This document shows, piece by piece, positions 20,529 to 31,975 of a stretch of 64,000 bases of DNA. Under the pieces are notes generated by a model. It had not been told where the DNA came from, ran no database searches, and saw nothing but the letters and a program-made list of their open reading frames with translations. Made by a program: the position numbers and the translations under genes. This DNA is from Cyanidioschyzon merolae (lineage: Eukaryota), in NCBI GenBank assembly GCA_000091205.1, contig AP006502.2; one strand, 5' to 3'. Numbering within the stretch: the first letter of the stretch is position 1; each line of letters starts with the position of its first letter.

Positions 20529-23500
20529 ATGTGTCGCATGGTTGCGTACTTTGGGCCGGCAATTTTAGCAGCGGACGTTGTGACGAGGCCGTCGCGCTCG
20601 ATCATTCGCCAATCGTACGATGCACGGGAGCGTCTTTGTTCCGCAGGCGAGTATGTGCCTGCCTCGCTAAACGGAGACGGCTATGGTATTGGTTGGTATA
20701 GCGACGACGGCGTACCTTGCGTCTACAAGTCCATCAGACCCGCTTGGAACGACGCAAACCTGCACCACCTTGCGGAAAAAGGTATCCGTTCGCACTTGCT
20801 GTTCGCGCACGTTCGCGCTGCCACGGCGGGAACTTCCGTTACCGAGGAATCCTGCCATCCCTTCGCCTATGGACGCTATTTATTCCAGCACAATGGAACT
20901 ATTGCAGGCTGGCATGACGGTCGAGTGCGTCGTGCGCTTCTCAATCAGCTGAATGATGAACTGTACGGTTACGCTGTTCGAAACGGTGCAAGCGATAGCA
21001 TCGTGGCCTTCGCGCTCTTCCTGAACCAGATGGATCGCGGCACATCTGAGCGCTATAGCGCTGCAGAGCTGCAGGAAATGCTGCTTCACACCATTGCACT
21101 GATTGTAGAGACCACGACGACGTGCCTGTTGGGGACAAACTCTCCGTGTTCGGATAGAACGCCCGCAAATCGGAAAAGCATGCCACGTGATGACGTGTTT
21201 CTTTTGAATTTCCTGGTAACGGACGGTGAGACGCTACTGGCAACCAAGTATGTACGTGGACTCCGGGACCTGGATGCTCCGGCAGCTAGTCTGTATTTCG
21301 GAGCAGCGTCGTCGTACGGGCCAGTCACGCATCACGTTGGAACCGGTGCCGAAGACTATGCCTTCTCGTATCGAGCAGCAACCTGGGCGGGGGTCGTTGT
21401 TGTAGCCAGTGAGCCGCTGACGTCGAACCCGTGCGACTGGGTCCCGCTCCCTCGCAACTCGATACTGGTGGCTACCGCAGATCGACATTTGCTTGTGGAA
21501 AAGATGCCCGATCTACTGATGGGCCGCGAATCACCGCGAGCGGGTTCGCGTTTGTCGCCCAAGTTGCTGCCCCAGTCTAGTGCGCTTGTGCAAGCGTTGC
21601 ACGCTTTCGCAGGATCCACAGCGACGCGTTCCATTGCTGATCGCGGGGATCCGTTGCCGCCTATGAGGAGCGCAACTGCTGCGGCTCACGTCAGCTGGAG
21701 CCGACAACAGCAACACCAGGAGCAAGAGCGGCGCAAGAAACCTCTCTTACGGAGCAGTCAACAGGAACTAAGTAGCGCTGGAAGTGGCGCAATATCCACC
21801 GATTTGATTGAAATCGATGAATCAGATCGCTTGTTCACGATCCGTAGCAGCCGAGTGCTTTGCATGACGACAGTGCCTGTGCAGGAGGATGCACTGCCAC
21901 AAATAGCGCAGGAGCTGGAAACGATGCCATTATCTGCAGCGACGGCAACGAGTAATCGGTCTGGATGCACCGGGTCGCAACGTCAAGCCCTGCTCGTATG
22001 CGGTACTGGTGATGGTCATATGTATGCACTGCACCAGATATCGGGTCTGCTGGCGTCGGATAGTTTCGTCTCTGCGGATGGACGTGATATTCTGGGGATC
22101 GCTCGCTGGCAATGCAACAACCTCGCTGCGTACTTTGAGCAGAAGGGCATGCAACCGTCGGCAACGTTCACGGTCTGTGCGGCAGCAGATAACACCGTTC
22201 GCATGCATCGTTGGACTGTGGACGGTATAGAGGAGATTGCGAACTTTTTCTGCGGTACTGCAACGGGACACCCACTCTGTCTGGTCACCGATCAAAGTGC
22301 CGTGTATCTTGGGTTTCAAGACTGTTCGGTTCGTCGCCTCGATATGCAGGGACTCCTCGGCACGGTGAAAGTGGAACCAGAGGCTCGTCCGGAGGGAGCG
22401 GCTCACGTGCCTGTACTATCCGAACAGGCGCTTTTTCGCCGTCTGGGTCAGCGCGGAGAGCATAGCGACTTGGCACGCGCAAGTCAGCACTGTGGACCTG
22501 TTTACTGTTTGGCGCTTCACTCGAAAACTCGCCGACTCTTTTCTGGTTCCGGTGATGGAACCATTGCGGTCTGGAATACTGAAAGTGAAGAGCACGAAGC
22601 AACCCTGCGTGGCCATTGCGGCGCGGTACTTGCACTGAAACTCGACGAAAATGTGGATATCCTCTTCTCTGGGGCCAGGGATCGACGGATTCGTGTTTGG
22701 GATGTCGCTCGGAGTGCGAATTATGTCTGCCGACGAATTCTTCTCAGTTGGGACTATCACTGCGATGATATCTGTGCCCTAGAACTGTCCGAGTCATTCC
22801 TGTTTTCTGCATCCACCGACGGCGTCGTGGTGCTGTGGAGTCGCCCGGACCTCGCGGCGTTGGCACTGTTGCGTCTGCCGTCCGGAACGCTGTTGACGTC
22901 GCTGTGCGTCACACCGGACGCCTCAGCGATGCGTCCTGCAGCTACTTCGGATGCTATGAGCACGTCCGGTATGCTGTTTGCGGCGACCAGCGACGGCAGT
23001 GTCTACGGTTGGCATCTAGGCGCTTCGGGGTCATTGTACGGACGCATTTACGGGACGGATGCCGCTGACCTGGAAGGTACATCGCGGGTGCCTACGAAAA
23101 CGCTGCCCACAACAGCGGCATCATCTTGCGCTGGCTCTCTCGAAGCCGCAACACCGAATTCCATGCTGTTTTCGCTCAGCTCGCCACGTATTCGACTTGG
23201 AGATCCCGAATGGTCGAGTGTTGCGGCATTTGAGAGAGCCCTACGGACAGCGATTCGTTTTCGATCCATCGCTGTGGATACGAAGCAGTCCAACTTCCGT
23301 GAAGAGTCTTTTCATTGTGCGCGCTGGTTCTCGCGTCTTCTGGAGAACCTCGGAGCCGACCTGCGCATCGCACAACCAGTGGATGGAAAGAATCCCGTCA
23401 TACTCGCTCGTTTTGTCGATATCATTGGATGCAAGGGGCACGCGTGTCGCCCCGGGCCTCCCGCTTTCCCGTCGTCGCTGGCTCGAGCGCGTGTCCAGCA

Positions 23501-25103
23501 TCGCCATACCGTAGACGCAGCGCATGACGGTGAGCGTGAACATCAGGCACAGCAAGTGCGACGGCAGCATTTCCGTCAAACCGTTGTATTCTACGGGCAC
23601 TACGATGTCGTTCCCGCCCACCGGGAAGACGGCTGGTCTCACGATCCCTTTGATCTGCAGGTTTCGAATGGCTACTTTTATGGCAGGGGATGCACAGACA
23701 ACAAGGGCCCGATCCTTGCGATGATCTTCGCGATTGTTGATTTGCTCCAGGAGCAGCAACAGTGGCGGCATCAGCAGCGAAACATTCCAGCTGATCACGA
23801 GTTGGCGCCTCGCACAGCAGCAAACACGCTGACGAGTTCGACGAGGACTGTTCCGCCGCCTGCGGAGAGCGTGCATGCGGCAGTCTCGGCAGGTGCCTGC
23901 GACAACATCCATGGAGCATGTGACGATTTCGAACGCTCAACGAACGTGGTCCTCTTACTCGACGGTGAAGGCGAGGCCTCTAGTGCCGGCTTCCGTGAGA
24001 CCATCGCTCTGTTTAGAGACTGGATCGTGGGCAAGGATCTCGATCAGCGGCAAGCGGGCCAGCAGCTCGTTCCGAATGGCGACCCGCGTCCCGCACCGAA
24101 CGAGCCTGTTCCCCAGGTGGTTTGCGTCCTGCACGCGAACAGTCTCTGGGTTGATGATGTGCGTCCCTGTATCACGTACGGAATGCGGGGCCAGATCCTG
24201 CTCTCTGTGGAAATAACCGGTCCTTCGGGGAACTTGCATTCCGGCTTCGATGGTGGTGCTGTTCTGGAGCCAGCCGCTGACCTGTTGGCGATTCTGGCTA
24301 CACTGAGCGATGCCGGAGGCACCGCGCGTGTACCCGGCTTCTACGATGATGTGCGAGAGCTCACGCCCAGCGAGCGCTCCTGGTTGTCCGCAGTCCATTT
24401 CGATCGGCAAGCTTACCTCCAGCACTTGGGTGTTTCCCGTCTCGCAGCGGATAACGACTTGGATTTGCTGCAGAAACGCTGGTGTCAGCCGTGTCTCTCG
24501 ATCACAGAGCTGTCAACGAGCGCGAACGCAGTTGCAAATGGAGCTGCTTCGGCTGCGAGAAGCAGCACTGGTCGACTGGGTGCGATCTCTGCGCTCATAC
24601 CGCAGCGCGCGCAGGCAACGGTGGCGATTCGGACGGTCCCGAATCAGAGCCCGGAAAAGCTCCGAGCTGCAGTGGAGCAGCATCTGCACTTCGAGTTTGC
24701 GAAAAGACGCTCTCCGAACCAGCTGCGGATCACATGCACCAAACAGGGTGACTGGTGGCTCGGCGATATTCACGGGGAACGGTACCCGTCGTCGTCGTCG
24801 TCGTCGTCGAGGCAAGTCGAACAGCGTACCGGCTGTGAACAGCGCGCGCGACAGCGAGTCTTCGCCGTCTCTGAACGTGCCATCGAGCGCGTCTGGGGCG
24901 TGCAGCCGCTCTATGTTCGAGAGGGCGGCAGCATGCCGCTAACAGCGTGGCTAGAGCAGACACTAGAGGCGCCTGCGATCCACTTGCCTCTGGGGCAGTC
25001 CAGTGATGCACCGCACCTGCCGAACGAGCGCATCCGGGTGTTGAACTTGTTCCACGGTCGCATGATTCTCGGTGATATTGTTCGTTCGCTGGCGGTGCAA
25101 TGA
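20529..25103 (+). CDS. 1524-aa three-domain fusion. N-terminal class-II (Ntn, Cys2) glutamine amidotransferase of DUG3/YafJ type. Central WD40 repeats. C-terminal M20A (CNDP/DUG-like) metallopeptidase. This looks like a DUG3-DUG2 Rosetta-stone fusion of the glutathione-degradation complex.
   Basis: N-terminus 'MCRMVAYFG...GDGYGIGWY' (Cys2 nucleophile, GATase-2). WD40 units such as 'GSGDGTIAVWNTESEEHEATLRGHCGAVLALK...IRVWDV'. M20 hallmark 'VVFYGHYDVVPAHREDGWSHDPFDLQVSNGYFYGRGCTDNKGPILAMIFAI'. Single uninterrupted ORF. Confidence 0.8.
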   Translation: MCRMVAYFGPAILAADVVTRPSRSIIRQSYDARERLCSAGEYVPASLNGDGYGIGWYSDDGVPCVYKSIRPAWNDANLHHLAEKGIRSHLLFAHVRAATAGTSVTEESCHPFAYGRYLFQHNGTIAGWHDGRVRRALLNQLNDELYGYAVRNGASDSIVAFALFLNQMDRGTSERYSAAELQEMLLHTIALIVETTTTCLLGTNSPCSDRTPANRKSMPRDDVFLLNFLVTDGETLLATKYVRGLRDLDAPAASLYFGAASSYGPVTHHVGTGAEDYAFSYRAATWAGVVVVASEPLTSNPCDWVPLPRNSILVATADRHLLVEKMPDLLMGRESPRAGSRLSPKLLPQSSALVQALHAFAGSTATRSIADRGDPLPPMRSATAAAHVSWSRQQQHQEQERRKKPLLRSSQQELSSAGSGAISTDLIEIDESDRLFTIRSSRVLCMTTVPVQEDALPQIAQELETMPLSAATATSNRSGCTGSQRQALLVCGTGDGHMYALHQISGLLASDSFVSADGRDILGIARWQCNNLAAYFEQKGMQPSATFTVCAAADNTVRMHRWTVDGIEEIANFFCGTATGHPLCLVTDQSAVYLGFQDCSVRRLDMQGLLGTVKVEPEARPEGAAHVPVLSEQALFRRLGQRGEHSDLARASQHCGPVYCLALHSKTRRLFSGSGDGTIAVWNTESEEHEATLRGHCGAVLALKLDENVDILFSGARDRRIRVWDVARSANYVCRRILLSWDYHCDDICALELSESFLFSASTDGVVVLWSRPDLAALALLRLPSGTLLTSLCVTPDASAMRPAATSDAMSTSGMLFAATSDGSVYGWHLGASGSLYGRIYGTDAADLEGTSRVPTKTLPTTAASSCAGSLEAATPNSMLFSLSSPRIRLGDPEWSSVAAFERALRTAIRFRSIAVDTKQSNFREESFHCARWFSRLLENLGADLRIAQPVDGKNPVILARFVDIIGCKGHACRPGPPAFPSSLARARVQHRHTVDAAHDGEREHQAQQVRRQHFRQTVVFYGHYDVVPAHREDGWSHDPFDLQVSNGYFYGRGCTDNKGPILAMIFAIVDLLQEQQQWRHQQRNIPADHELAPRTAANTLTSSTRTVPPPAESVHAAVSAGACDNIHGACDDFERSTNVVLLLDGEGEASSAGFRETIALFRDWIVGKDLDQRQAGQQLVPNGDPRPAPNEPVPQVVCVLHANSLWVDDVRPCITYGMRGQILLSVEITGPSGNLHSGFDGGAVLEPAADLLAILATLSDAGGTARVPGFYDDVRELTPSERSWLSAVHFDRQAYLQHLGVSRLAADNDLDLLQKRWCQPCLSITELSTSANAVANGAASAARSSTGRLGAISALIPQRAQATVAIRTVPNQSPEKLRAAVEQHLHFEFAKRRSPNQLRITCTKQGDWWLGDIHGERYPSSSSSSSRQVEQRTGCEQRARQRVFAVSERAIERVWGVQPLYVREGGSMPLTAWLEQTLEAPAIHLPLGQSSDAPHLPNERIRVLNLFHGRMILGDIVRSLAVQ

Positions 25104-25354
25104 TTTGCAGCAGTTGTCGCAGCGAGCCGAAAATCGTTTGCGTTCCCTTGTCCGCGGAAGCCGCAACCACGAGTTGGCGTCACCAGCGTCGCTCTGAACG
25201 AGTCCTGCTTGCGCGTGCGTGCACTGGCCAGGGTAGAGCCCTTCGTGGACGTCACCTGCAATGGCACGAAGACGCTCTGGTCCGTGCGTCACAGAGTCGT
25301 GCATACCGCGGCTGGTGCACCGCGCCAACACAGGTGTCCTCGTTTGGGTTCTCT

Positions 25355-25650
25355 CATGGATAAAACGTTTTCTTAGACCAGCGTTTTCCGATTGTGTGCT
25401 TTTTCTTTTCCTACTTTTTTCGTGTTTTTTCAGTGTGCTTTGAAATATCCATCAAACCCGCTACCTCCGAGTTACATTACCTATACTTCTTCTCGGATAT
25501 TTTCGTCGTTTCATGTGTTCTATCGCACACCTTATGCCTGCCCTAATCATCCGCAATAGCGTCTTTACCTTTGGTCCAGTTGCATCACGGAGACAGAACG
25601 GCGTTGCCGTACCACAGAGGGCGTCGGCTCGAGCTCGGTTGGGTGCAGGT
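25355..25650 (+). repeat. Family C copy 2, immediately upstream of ORC4.
   Basis: The same blocks in the same order ('...cacggagacagaacggcgttgccgtaccacagagggcgtcggctcgag'). Confidence 0.6.
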
Positions 25651-25781
25651 ATGCCGCCTGTTGCTGCACTCGGAGGCGTTTCCGCGCGGGATGCAGCACA
25701 GCGCGCCGTATGCCTGTTGCCAGCACGACGGTTATGTCTCATATAATATAACAAAAGACGTAAAAGTATATAATTGTTCTG

Positions 25782-27518
25782 GTGCATGCGACGATGCCGG
25801 CGCTGCACCCTCGCGTCCAGTGGCGGGAACGGAGTTCCTGGCGTGATGCCCCGCCTTGCGCCTATGGCGACGCGCTTACCTGGGAGACTATGCACGGGCC
25901 GCGGCGTCCAGCTTCTGCAACCGCGAAAGCATCTGCCTGTGACGAGCGAAGCGCGGATGTCGGAGCCCACGACGAGAGCGCTGCGCGTCGAGCTCGTACC
26001 CTAATCACCGAGCATCTTACAGGCCCCGTTCTGGGGGAAGGACTCTCGTTTACGCCAGGTTTGGAGGCTGTGTGTGAAAAGTTGGTGGAGTTCCTGGTAG
26101 CAGCGCTGGCTCCGGACTCCGAACAGCGGCGGCGAGCAGTCAAATCGCTTCTCATCGCTGGTCCTCAAGGCAGTGGCAAGTCGAGTGTCGTTGAGACTGC
26201 GCTTGCACGATATCGAAAACGAACGCCGCGTGCCCGCCCTGCTATTTTCTATCTTGACGGAGAGATTTTCGCAGACGGCGATCTCAGCGCGTATCGGAGC
26301 TTTGTGGCGCAGCTACGACGCGAGTTACGATTGTATGACGGGCGTTTTCCATCGCGTTTTGCGGGCTGGGAGTCTCCGTTACCGGAGACGAGCTCGATGC
26401 CCGACGAGGAAGTGCCCGCGAATGACGTTCCGCATCAAGCGAGCGCTTGTATCGAAGCGATTGTGGAACACGTTCAAACGTTGCTGCGATGGACGCTCGA
26501 GAGCGCTGAGCGAAGCATGTCTGATGCCGGTGTACATCGGATTGCGGGTATCGTGCTGGTACTGGATAACATCGACTACTTTGCGCGGCGGATGCAGCAT
26601 GTCAGGCAGCACTTGCTGTATAGCTTGTTCAACATGCTGGGGTTCGATGATGCTTCGCCCTTCGTAATTATAGGACTCACTCGTCGGTATGACGCGATGG
26701 ATCTATTTGAAAAGCGCGTCCGCTCCAGATTTTCACAGACGGTACTTCACGTACCCTTACCGGAAAGCAGTGATGCAGTACGGACGCATCTAGCGTCGAA
26801 GCTTGAGGCGTTTTCGAAACCCGAGGTGGTATCGATTTGCCCGAGACTGGCAGCGAGCGCACGTGCTCTGCAGCAAGTGCTCCTCGAGGACCAGCGCCTA
26901 GCGCGCAGCATTGCGGATCTCTTTCGTCACTGTCGAGTTATGCGATTATACCAGGGGGCCTTGAGCCACGCACTCGTTGCGCTGACGTACGCTGCGATGA
27001 TGAATACGTGCGAGGCGACCGCTTGCCTCGAGCAACATCTGGTGTCGCATGTGGCCCACCGAGACATACGACAGAGATTGCTCGGCCTCACTTCTGCTGA
27101 ACTGGCATTGCTGGTCGCGCACAGCAGAGCAGCTCAACTTAATGAGAACCGGTTTGCTTCATTTCAGCAGGCCTTTGCAGAATATCAGCGGTTCGTCGGC
27201 AAAAGCGCCATGCTCACCACGCATCATTCGCAGCGTGCGACTGGCCTTGTTGCATGCAAAACGTTGTCTCAGGTAGAGGTGGACGGTCAGCGTATCGGAG
27301 GTATCTTTCAGTCCGAGGCTGTAGCGCTGCGCATTTTCGAGCAGCTGCTCGACCTCGAACTTCTTGTTGTTCCTGACGGGGCGCGCTATGCATGTCCAAG
27401 CAAACTGCAAATGCCGCTCGTGCCTACGTTTCCCGAAGTCGTCCTAGTAGACGTCGTCCAGGAACATCCCCACGCGAGCACCAGTCTCAGAATCTGGTGC
27501 AAATCATGGCTCGAATAG
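25782..27518 (+). CDS. ORC4: Origin recognition complex subunit 4 (ORC4, AAA+) with an N-terminal extension.
   Basis: Walker A 'IAGPQGSGKSS'. ORC4-specific block 'LLYSLFNMLGFDDASPFVIIGLTRRYDAMDLFEKRVRSRFSQTVLHV' (compare human '[46 protein letters not shown]'). Confidence 0.7.
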   Translation: MHATMPALHPRVQWRERSSWRDAPPCAYGDALTWETMHGPRRPASATAKASACDERSADVGAHDESAARRARTLITEHLTGPVLGEGLSFTPGLEAVCEKLVEFLVAALAPDSEQRRRAVKSLLIAGPQGSGKSSVVETALARYRKRTPRARPAIFYLDGEIFADGDLSAYRSFVAQLRRELRLYDGRFPSRFAGWESPLPETSSMPDEEVPANDVPHQASACIEAIVEHVQTLLRWTLESAERSMSDAGVHRIAGIVLVLDNIDYFARRMQHVRQHLLYSLFNMLGFDDASPFVIIGLTRRYDAMDLFEKRVRSRFSQTVLHVPLPESSDAVRTHLASKLEAFSKPEVVSICPRLAASARALQQVLLEDQRLARSIADLFRHCRVMRLYQGALSHALVALTYAAMMNTCEATACLEQHLVSHVAHRDIRQRLLGLTSAELALLVAHSRAAQLNENRFASFQQAFAEYQRFVGKSAMLTTHHSQRATGLVACKTLSQVEVDGQRIGGIFQSEAVALRIFEQLLDLELLVVPDGARYACPSKLQMPLVPTFPEVVLVDVVQEHPHASTSLRIWCKSWLE

Positions 27519-27693
27519 CGCAGGCATCGACCTCAGAATCCTCATCGCAGCACCAGTGCAGCATCAACGCTCGCGAGCGACGACTTGCGCGCATGCTGCG
27601 GCGCGTGCACTCGTGCGATAATCGTGTGAGGTCAACACGAAGCACTTAACAGCGCGCCCCGTTGCTGCTTAGAGACTCGTTTCCGAACCCTTT

Positions 27694-28955
27694 TGTAGAT
27701 GTACAGCGTCCGCATTCAGCGTGATGCAACAAAGGTGTATGGATTCATGTGCAGTTTTAGGGTTCTGGATCTCGTTTTCTGGGTGACGCCTTCGACGCCC
27801 TGCCGCTGGAATTCGTTACGCCACCGGAATCGAGAAATCTGGGACGCTCTTGAACAACGGTTCTTACATTAAGTGATATTTTTTTATCCAATGCATACAT
27901 GGATGCAACCACTCGTCTTCTATGCTTACGCGTAGTGCGCTAACATTACGCATGTTCCAAGTTTACGGTCTCTTTGTTTCAAGGCAACTCGTGGACGCAG
28001 TAATACGAACCGCTGGATTGGCGATAACGCAAAGCCGACATCAACCCGTGACGAATGATTCACGAACTGGTGCCGAAAGTTTGCCGCGCTGCTCACGTCA
28101 AATAATCGGTTCCTTTCGAAAGTCAATTCGCCTCGCTTTGTAACCGCTGATGAGCTTGCATGCGATACCGGCATGATCGCTGTCGGGTGATGTGCTCCTA
28201 GCGTCTACCGTCTCTGTTGCTTGTATGAAAAGAAGGGTCATGGACACGGTCTTGGTACGCCGCAGCGATCGTTCCCAGTGCAGCGTTTGTCACCGCTTTT
28301 GCGCGAAGGAAGCGACAGCGGATCGACATTTCTCGGCTTGTTCTATGGCCTGGATTTTGCTTTCACCGATTGTTTCATTATGGACAACGTCGCGTGCCGC
28401 AAATCTTTGACCGAATGGAAAAGCGTTCGCTTGCGCGTGCACCGGAGAGCGTGCTTGCTGAAGCCACTGTTCAGAAAGAGCCTGTGATCATAGTGTACGG
28501 TGCCGGACTCGAAAACGGACGGGGACATCAACACTAGCCTTCTGTGCCCGTCAAAGGCATGTAGAGTCCGATGGTGCAAGCGTCCACGAGCCACAGACCG
28601 ACGTTTAGAATTGGCGTTGTGGTGGACGTAGACGAGCGTTTGATCATTGTCAAGTGCCGCTGCTGCGAATCGCGTACTGAGGCAGTACGTGTATGAAATG
28701 AAAAAGGCAAACGGAGCGTAAATCGGATTTCCCGCCTGTGCATCGAATGCGCCAACAACTACCGGAAGTAGCGAAATCGAGCCTTGAACCCTGCCACCAA
28801 CACCCTTCTACTAATGACCACAGAGGCCGGGGGAACAGACGCTACCAGTGCATTGAAAGCGCGAGATAAACAAGAGGAACAAGAATCAATCGCAGAGCAA
28901 GCCCGAAAAGACTCGTGTTGATGATCGTGTGAAGAGCCACAAACTTTAGTGCTTA
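27694..28955 (+). mobile_element. Family B copy B2.
   Basis: 5' 'tttgtagatgtacagcgtccgcattcag'. Blocks 'ttcgacgccctgccgctggaattcgttacgccaccggaatcgaga' and 'gtttcaaggcaactcgtggacgc'. 3' 'aaactttagtgctt...cttgttctattctggtatcaca'. Confidence 0.6.
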
Positions 28956-29394
28956 TATCCGAATCAGCTCGGAGTGCTTGTTCTATTCTGGTATCACATG
29001 GGTGCACGGCCGCCGTGGCGAACGCACGCAGCCGGCACTCGACACCCAGAGCGTCTCACGAGCGAACCAGGACTGCCCCCGCCGAACAAAAAAACGGAAG
29101 TATGACTGGTGCTGGCTGGTGGAACCTGCAGCCCAGGCGCCGCATAATGGACGCTCTCCCGAACACTGATAAGCGCCCCGAGATCGGGCATCCCCTGGCT
29201 CGTGGTGTCGGGCTGGCACCTCCATAAAAAAATGGCGCTCATGCACCCAACGCGGTACCGCTGATGCATATGACTCGATCCGCGGAATCGTCTTCATCGA
29301 ACGCATCGCGACCGTATCCTTCAGAAATCGCTGCACGATCATCAACACAGAGCAGCAGACGCGAGCATCAGCAGCGTACGCAATGCACCGGACC

Positions 29395-30501
29395 TCAAGG
29401 TCGACGCCGTTCCGCCCGCTCGCGCTTCTTCGGAGAGCGTTCGCTTTTCTGTTCACGCTTCTGTCCGTTTGACGAGGTGCCAAGCGCTGACAGCCCTGCA
29501 ACGAGCGCCGTTGCTCCAGTGACACGGCCGCCGCGATCAGGCATCTCGCCGATGCGCAGGTGCTTTATGGGGGCTGCCCTAACACCCGGTGCCGATCGTG
29601 GCAAGATGGACCGGTTCTGCTCAGTGTCTGTGCGTATCGCACGCACGTCATAGATATGGAAGTATGGTTGTACGGTCTCGCGAAATCGCTGTGTGATGAG
29701 TTGACACCAAAGGGTCAACGCACTCGATCGCTTCGCGGCGAGAAACACCTCTAGAGTGAGCTCGAATCGTTCTAAAAGCAATGCTCGACGTGCGGTATAC
29801 TCTGTGAATAGGTCATCGAACAGCGTCTGCAGCCGTTCGGCGTCCAACGCCTCTACGGATGCCAGGTGCGCGTGGGATGCGAGCATTCGCTGGGCGGAGA
29901 GAATCGACGGGTGCTGATGACGAAGGAGCCGCAGCCGTCGCACCGCTTCTAGAAAGAGCATTTTTCGAAGGGATGCGCCCTCAAGCTCGTCCTCAGGCAC
30001 AGCAAGCCCCATTTCCCGCAGTGCCGTTGCGTCGGGCACTGCGCTCGGCGCGGGCAGTCCCAGCGCATGGAACAGGCGCCTCTGTGACTGAACCACCTCC
30101 AAGTCTCCAGTGTTGTGCAGCTCTAGTCGCGACGCTTCGGTACTATCGGTCAAAGCATCGTCCAAGGATCGCATCCGGACTCGTTTTCGCTGCAGAAGGT
30201 ATATAGTTTTAACGAGGGTAAGCAGGATGTCGGTTAGCGCTTTCGCAGACGTGTTTGTCAAGTCCCGATTGAGCAGTGCCCCCAGCAGGGTGCGTGTTCT
30301 GTGCAGCGTTACCGTCCACTCGGTTGCTGGCAGCAACCAAGGCCATTCCGAGGCATTCGCAAAAGCAGTTCCGCTGAAGATAACCGGAAAGAACGCCGAA
30401 GTCGAGAGCGCCCACAGCAGAGACTCCAAACCGTATCTCTCTTGTTGTGCTTCCATTCGCGTGGCGTGCTCCGCAAATTCTACCCGCTCCCTGTTGAACA
30501 A
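29395..30501 (-). CDS. Hypothetical protein (368 aa) with a basic K/R/E-rich C-terminal tail.
   Basis: Long ORF in host-like codon usage. No motif recognised. Confidence 0.4.
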   Translation of the reverse strand: MFNRERVEFAEHATRMEAQQERYGLESLLWALSTSAFFPVIFSGTAFANASEWPWLLPATEWTVTLHRTRTLLGALLNRDLTNTSAKALTDILLTLVKTIYLLQRKRVRMRSLDDALTDSTEASRLELHNTGDLEVVQSQRRLFHALGLPAPSAVPDATALREMGLAVPEDELEGASLRKMLFLEAVRRLRLLRHQHPSILSAQRMLASHAHLASVEALDAERLQTLFDDLFTEYTARRALLLERFELTLEVFLAAKRSSALTLWCQLITQRFRETVQPYFHIYDVRAIRTDTEQNRSILPRSAPGVRAAPIKHLRIGEMPDRGGRVTGATALVAGLSALGTSSNGQKREQKSERSPKKRERAERRRP

Positions 30502-30727
30502 GTTGCTGGTTCGAAACTATATTCGCGATCGGCCTATGTTTGACAGTAAAGCTGTGCTCGATACGTCGGCACGTTATCGCAAGCACGCAGCAACCGCGAA
30601 AACGTGTCTCGCCCTGCGTCGAGCACTCGTCGGACCCGTGTCGCGTTCGAGCGCTGCAATGCGAGTCCGGTTGCTGCCGAGCGATTTTCTTCTCTAACTT
30701 CTTGAAAGGGGTAAAGCCCCAGCATTC

Positions 30728-31975
30728 CGGGTACAGCACAGAGGGGTTTCCGGACTCATATGTCGTTGTAGGATTCGCGGTTATTCATACAGAGTGGTGC
30801 CTTAGACGCGTTGACACTGGATTCCGGTACGTCACCGAGAGCAAGAGGTTTCACGACGCTCTTGGGCACGGGTTCGTAGGATAATCGGTACCATGGCACA
30901 GTTCATTCGCAGAAAGCACCGCTCTTCTCCTTTCCTACCGTCTATCACGCTCAAATCACGCATGGCCCAAGTTTTCGATCTTTATGTTTCGTGGCAACTC
31001 GTGGGCGCAACAATGCACGCCGCTGCATGGACGACGAAAAAACTCCACATCGTCCGTTGACGACGTTATCACAAGCGTATGTCGAGAGCTTACAGAACTT
31101 GTCGCGTCAAATAATGGATTCATTCGAAAGACGAATCCTCTACTTTCATGGTTATCTCCGATACGACATTCGCCGCACCGTGGTATCTCCAACGGGTTGA
31201 AGCTCGCGGAGGCTGGTGCCTCATCTGTTTGCATGGAATCGGATCTTGAATTCGGAATGGAGCCATCGCAACGATCGCTTCCAATGGAGACTGCCGCAGC
31301 GCTTTGCGAGAAGGAACCGAAGAAAGACTGAATTCTCTCGTATTGATCTCTAGCACGGGGGTTAATCCCTGGGCGTGCCTCATCACGAACAGCATTGTAT
31401 TCCAAAACAACCGCTCTCGGTTGGGAAATCGTGGATTGCCTTGCACAGCGAGCAGCGTACTCGCCAAGCGTACTGCCCAGAACAGGCCTGTGATCGTCGG
31501 GAACGGCACCGAGAGCCGGATCCGGAAGAGGATCGTGCGGAGCCCTCAGTACCAGTTATGGGCACGTAATGAGCACCGAAAATGGTGCTCTTGTGCAGGG
31601 CGGCTGCGCTGAGCGCAAGCGGCGAGCTGCGCGTTCGAAAACACCTGACCACAGCGAAGTAGCAGCTCGTCTTACGGGTCACCGAGTCTGTTTCCAGGAG
31701 TGACGAGAATGGCAAGCGAACCGAAAACCGCGACTGCTGTCTGTGCATGAAATCGAGCGACAGCATTCTTGAGCTGCGAAACTGAGACTTTCACGCTGCT
31801 ATGAACAGTGCTCGAATGCGGACAACGGGGCTGGATGGAAAGGAGAGACTGGCGTAGTGTAAGCGAGAGACAAGCGTGTAGAAAAGGAAGCAGCCGCAGA
31901 TAACCCCTGCAAAAAAGCCGATGTTGAAGACAGCAGGAACATGGACCGAATCATTAGTGTCTGCGCCCGAGTTAG
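30728..31975 (+). mobile_element. Family B copy B3.
   Basis: 'ttttcgatctttatgtttcgtggcaactcgtgggcgc', 'AQNRPVIVGNGTE' (ORF 31304..31612). Tail '...aaaaggaagcagccgcagataacc...gaccagttctatttattctgacgagg'. Confidence 0.6.

Noticed and set aside
24310-24942. Multiple 100-200-aa ORFs in other frames inside the 1524-aa fusion gene and other long genes
   Set aside because: These are typical alternative-frame ORFs of GC-rich coding DNA. The long frame has clear domain homology throughout.
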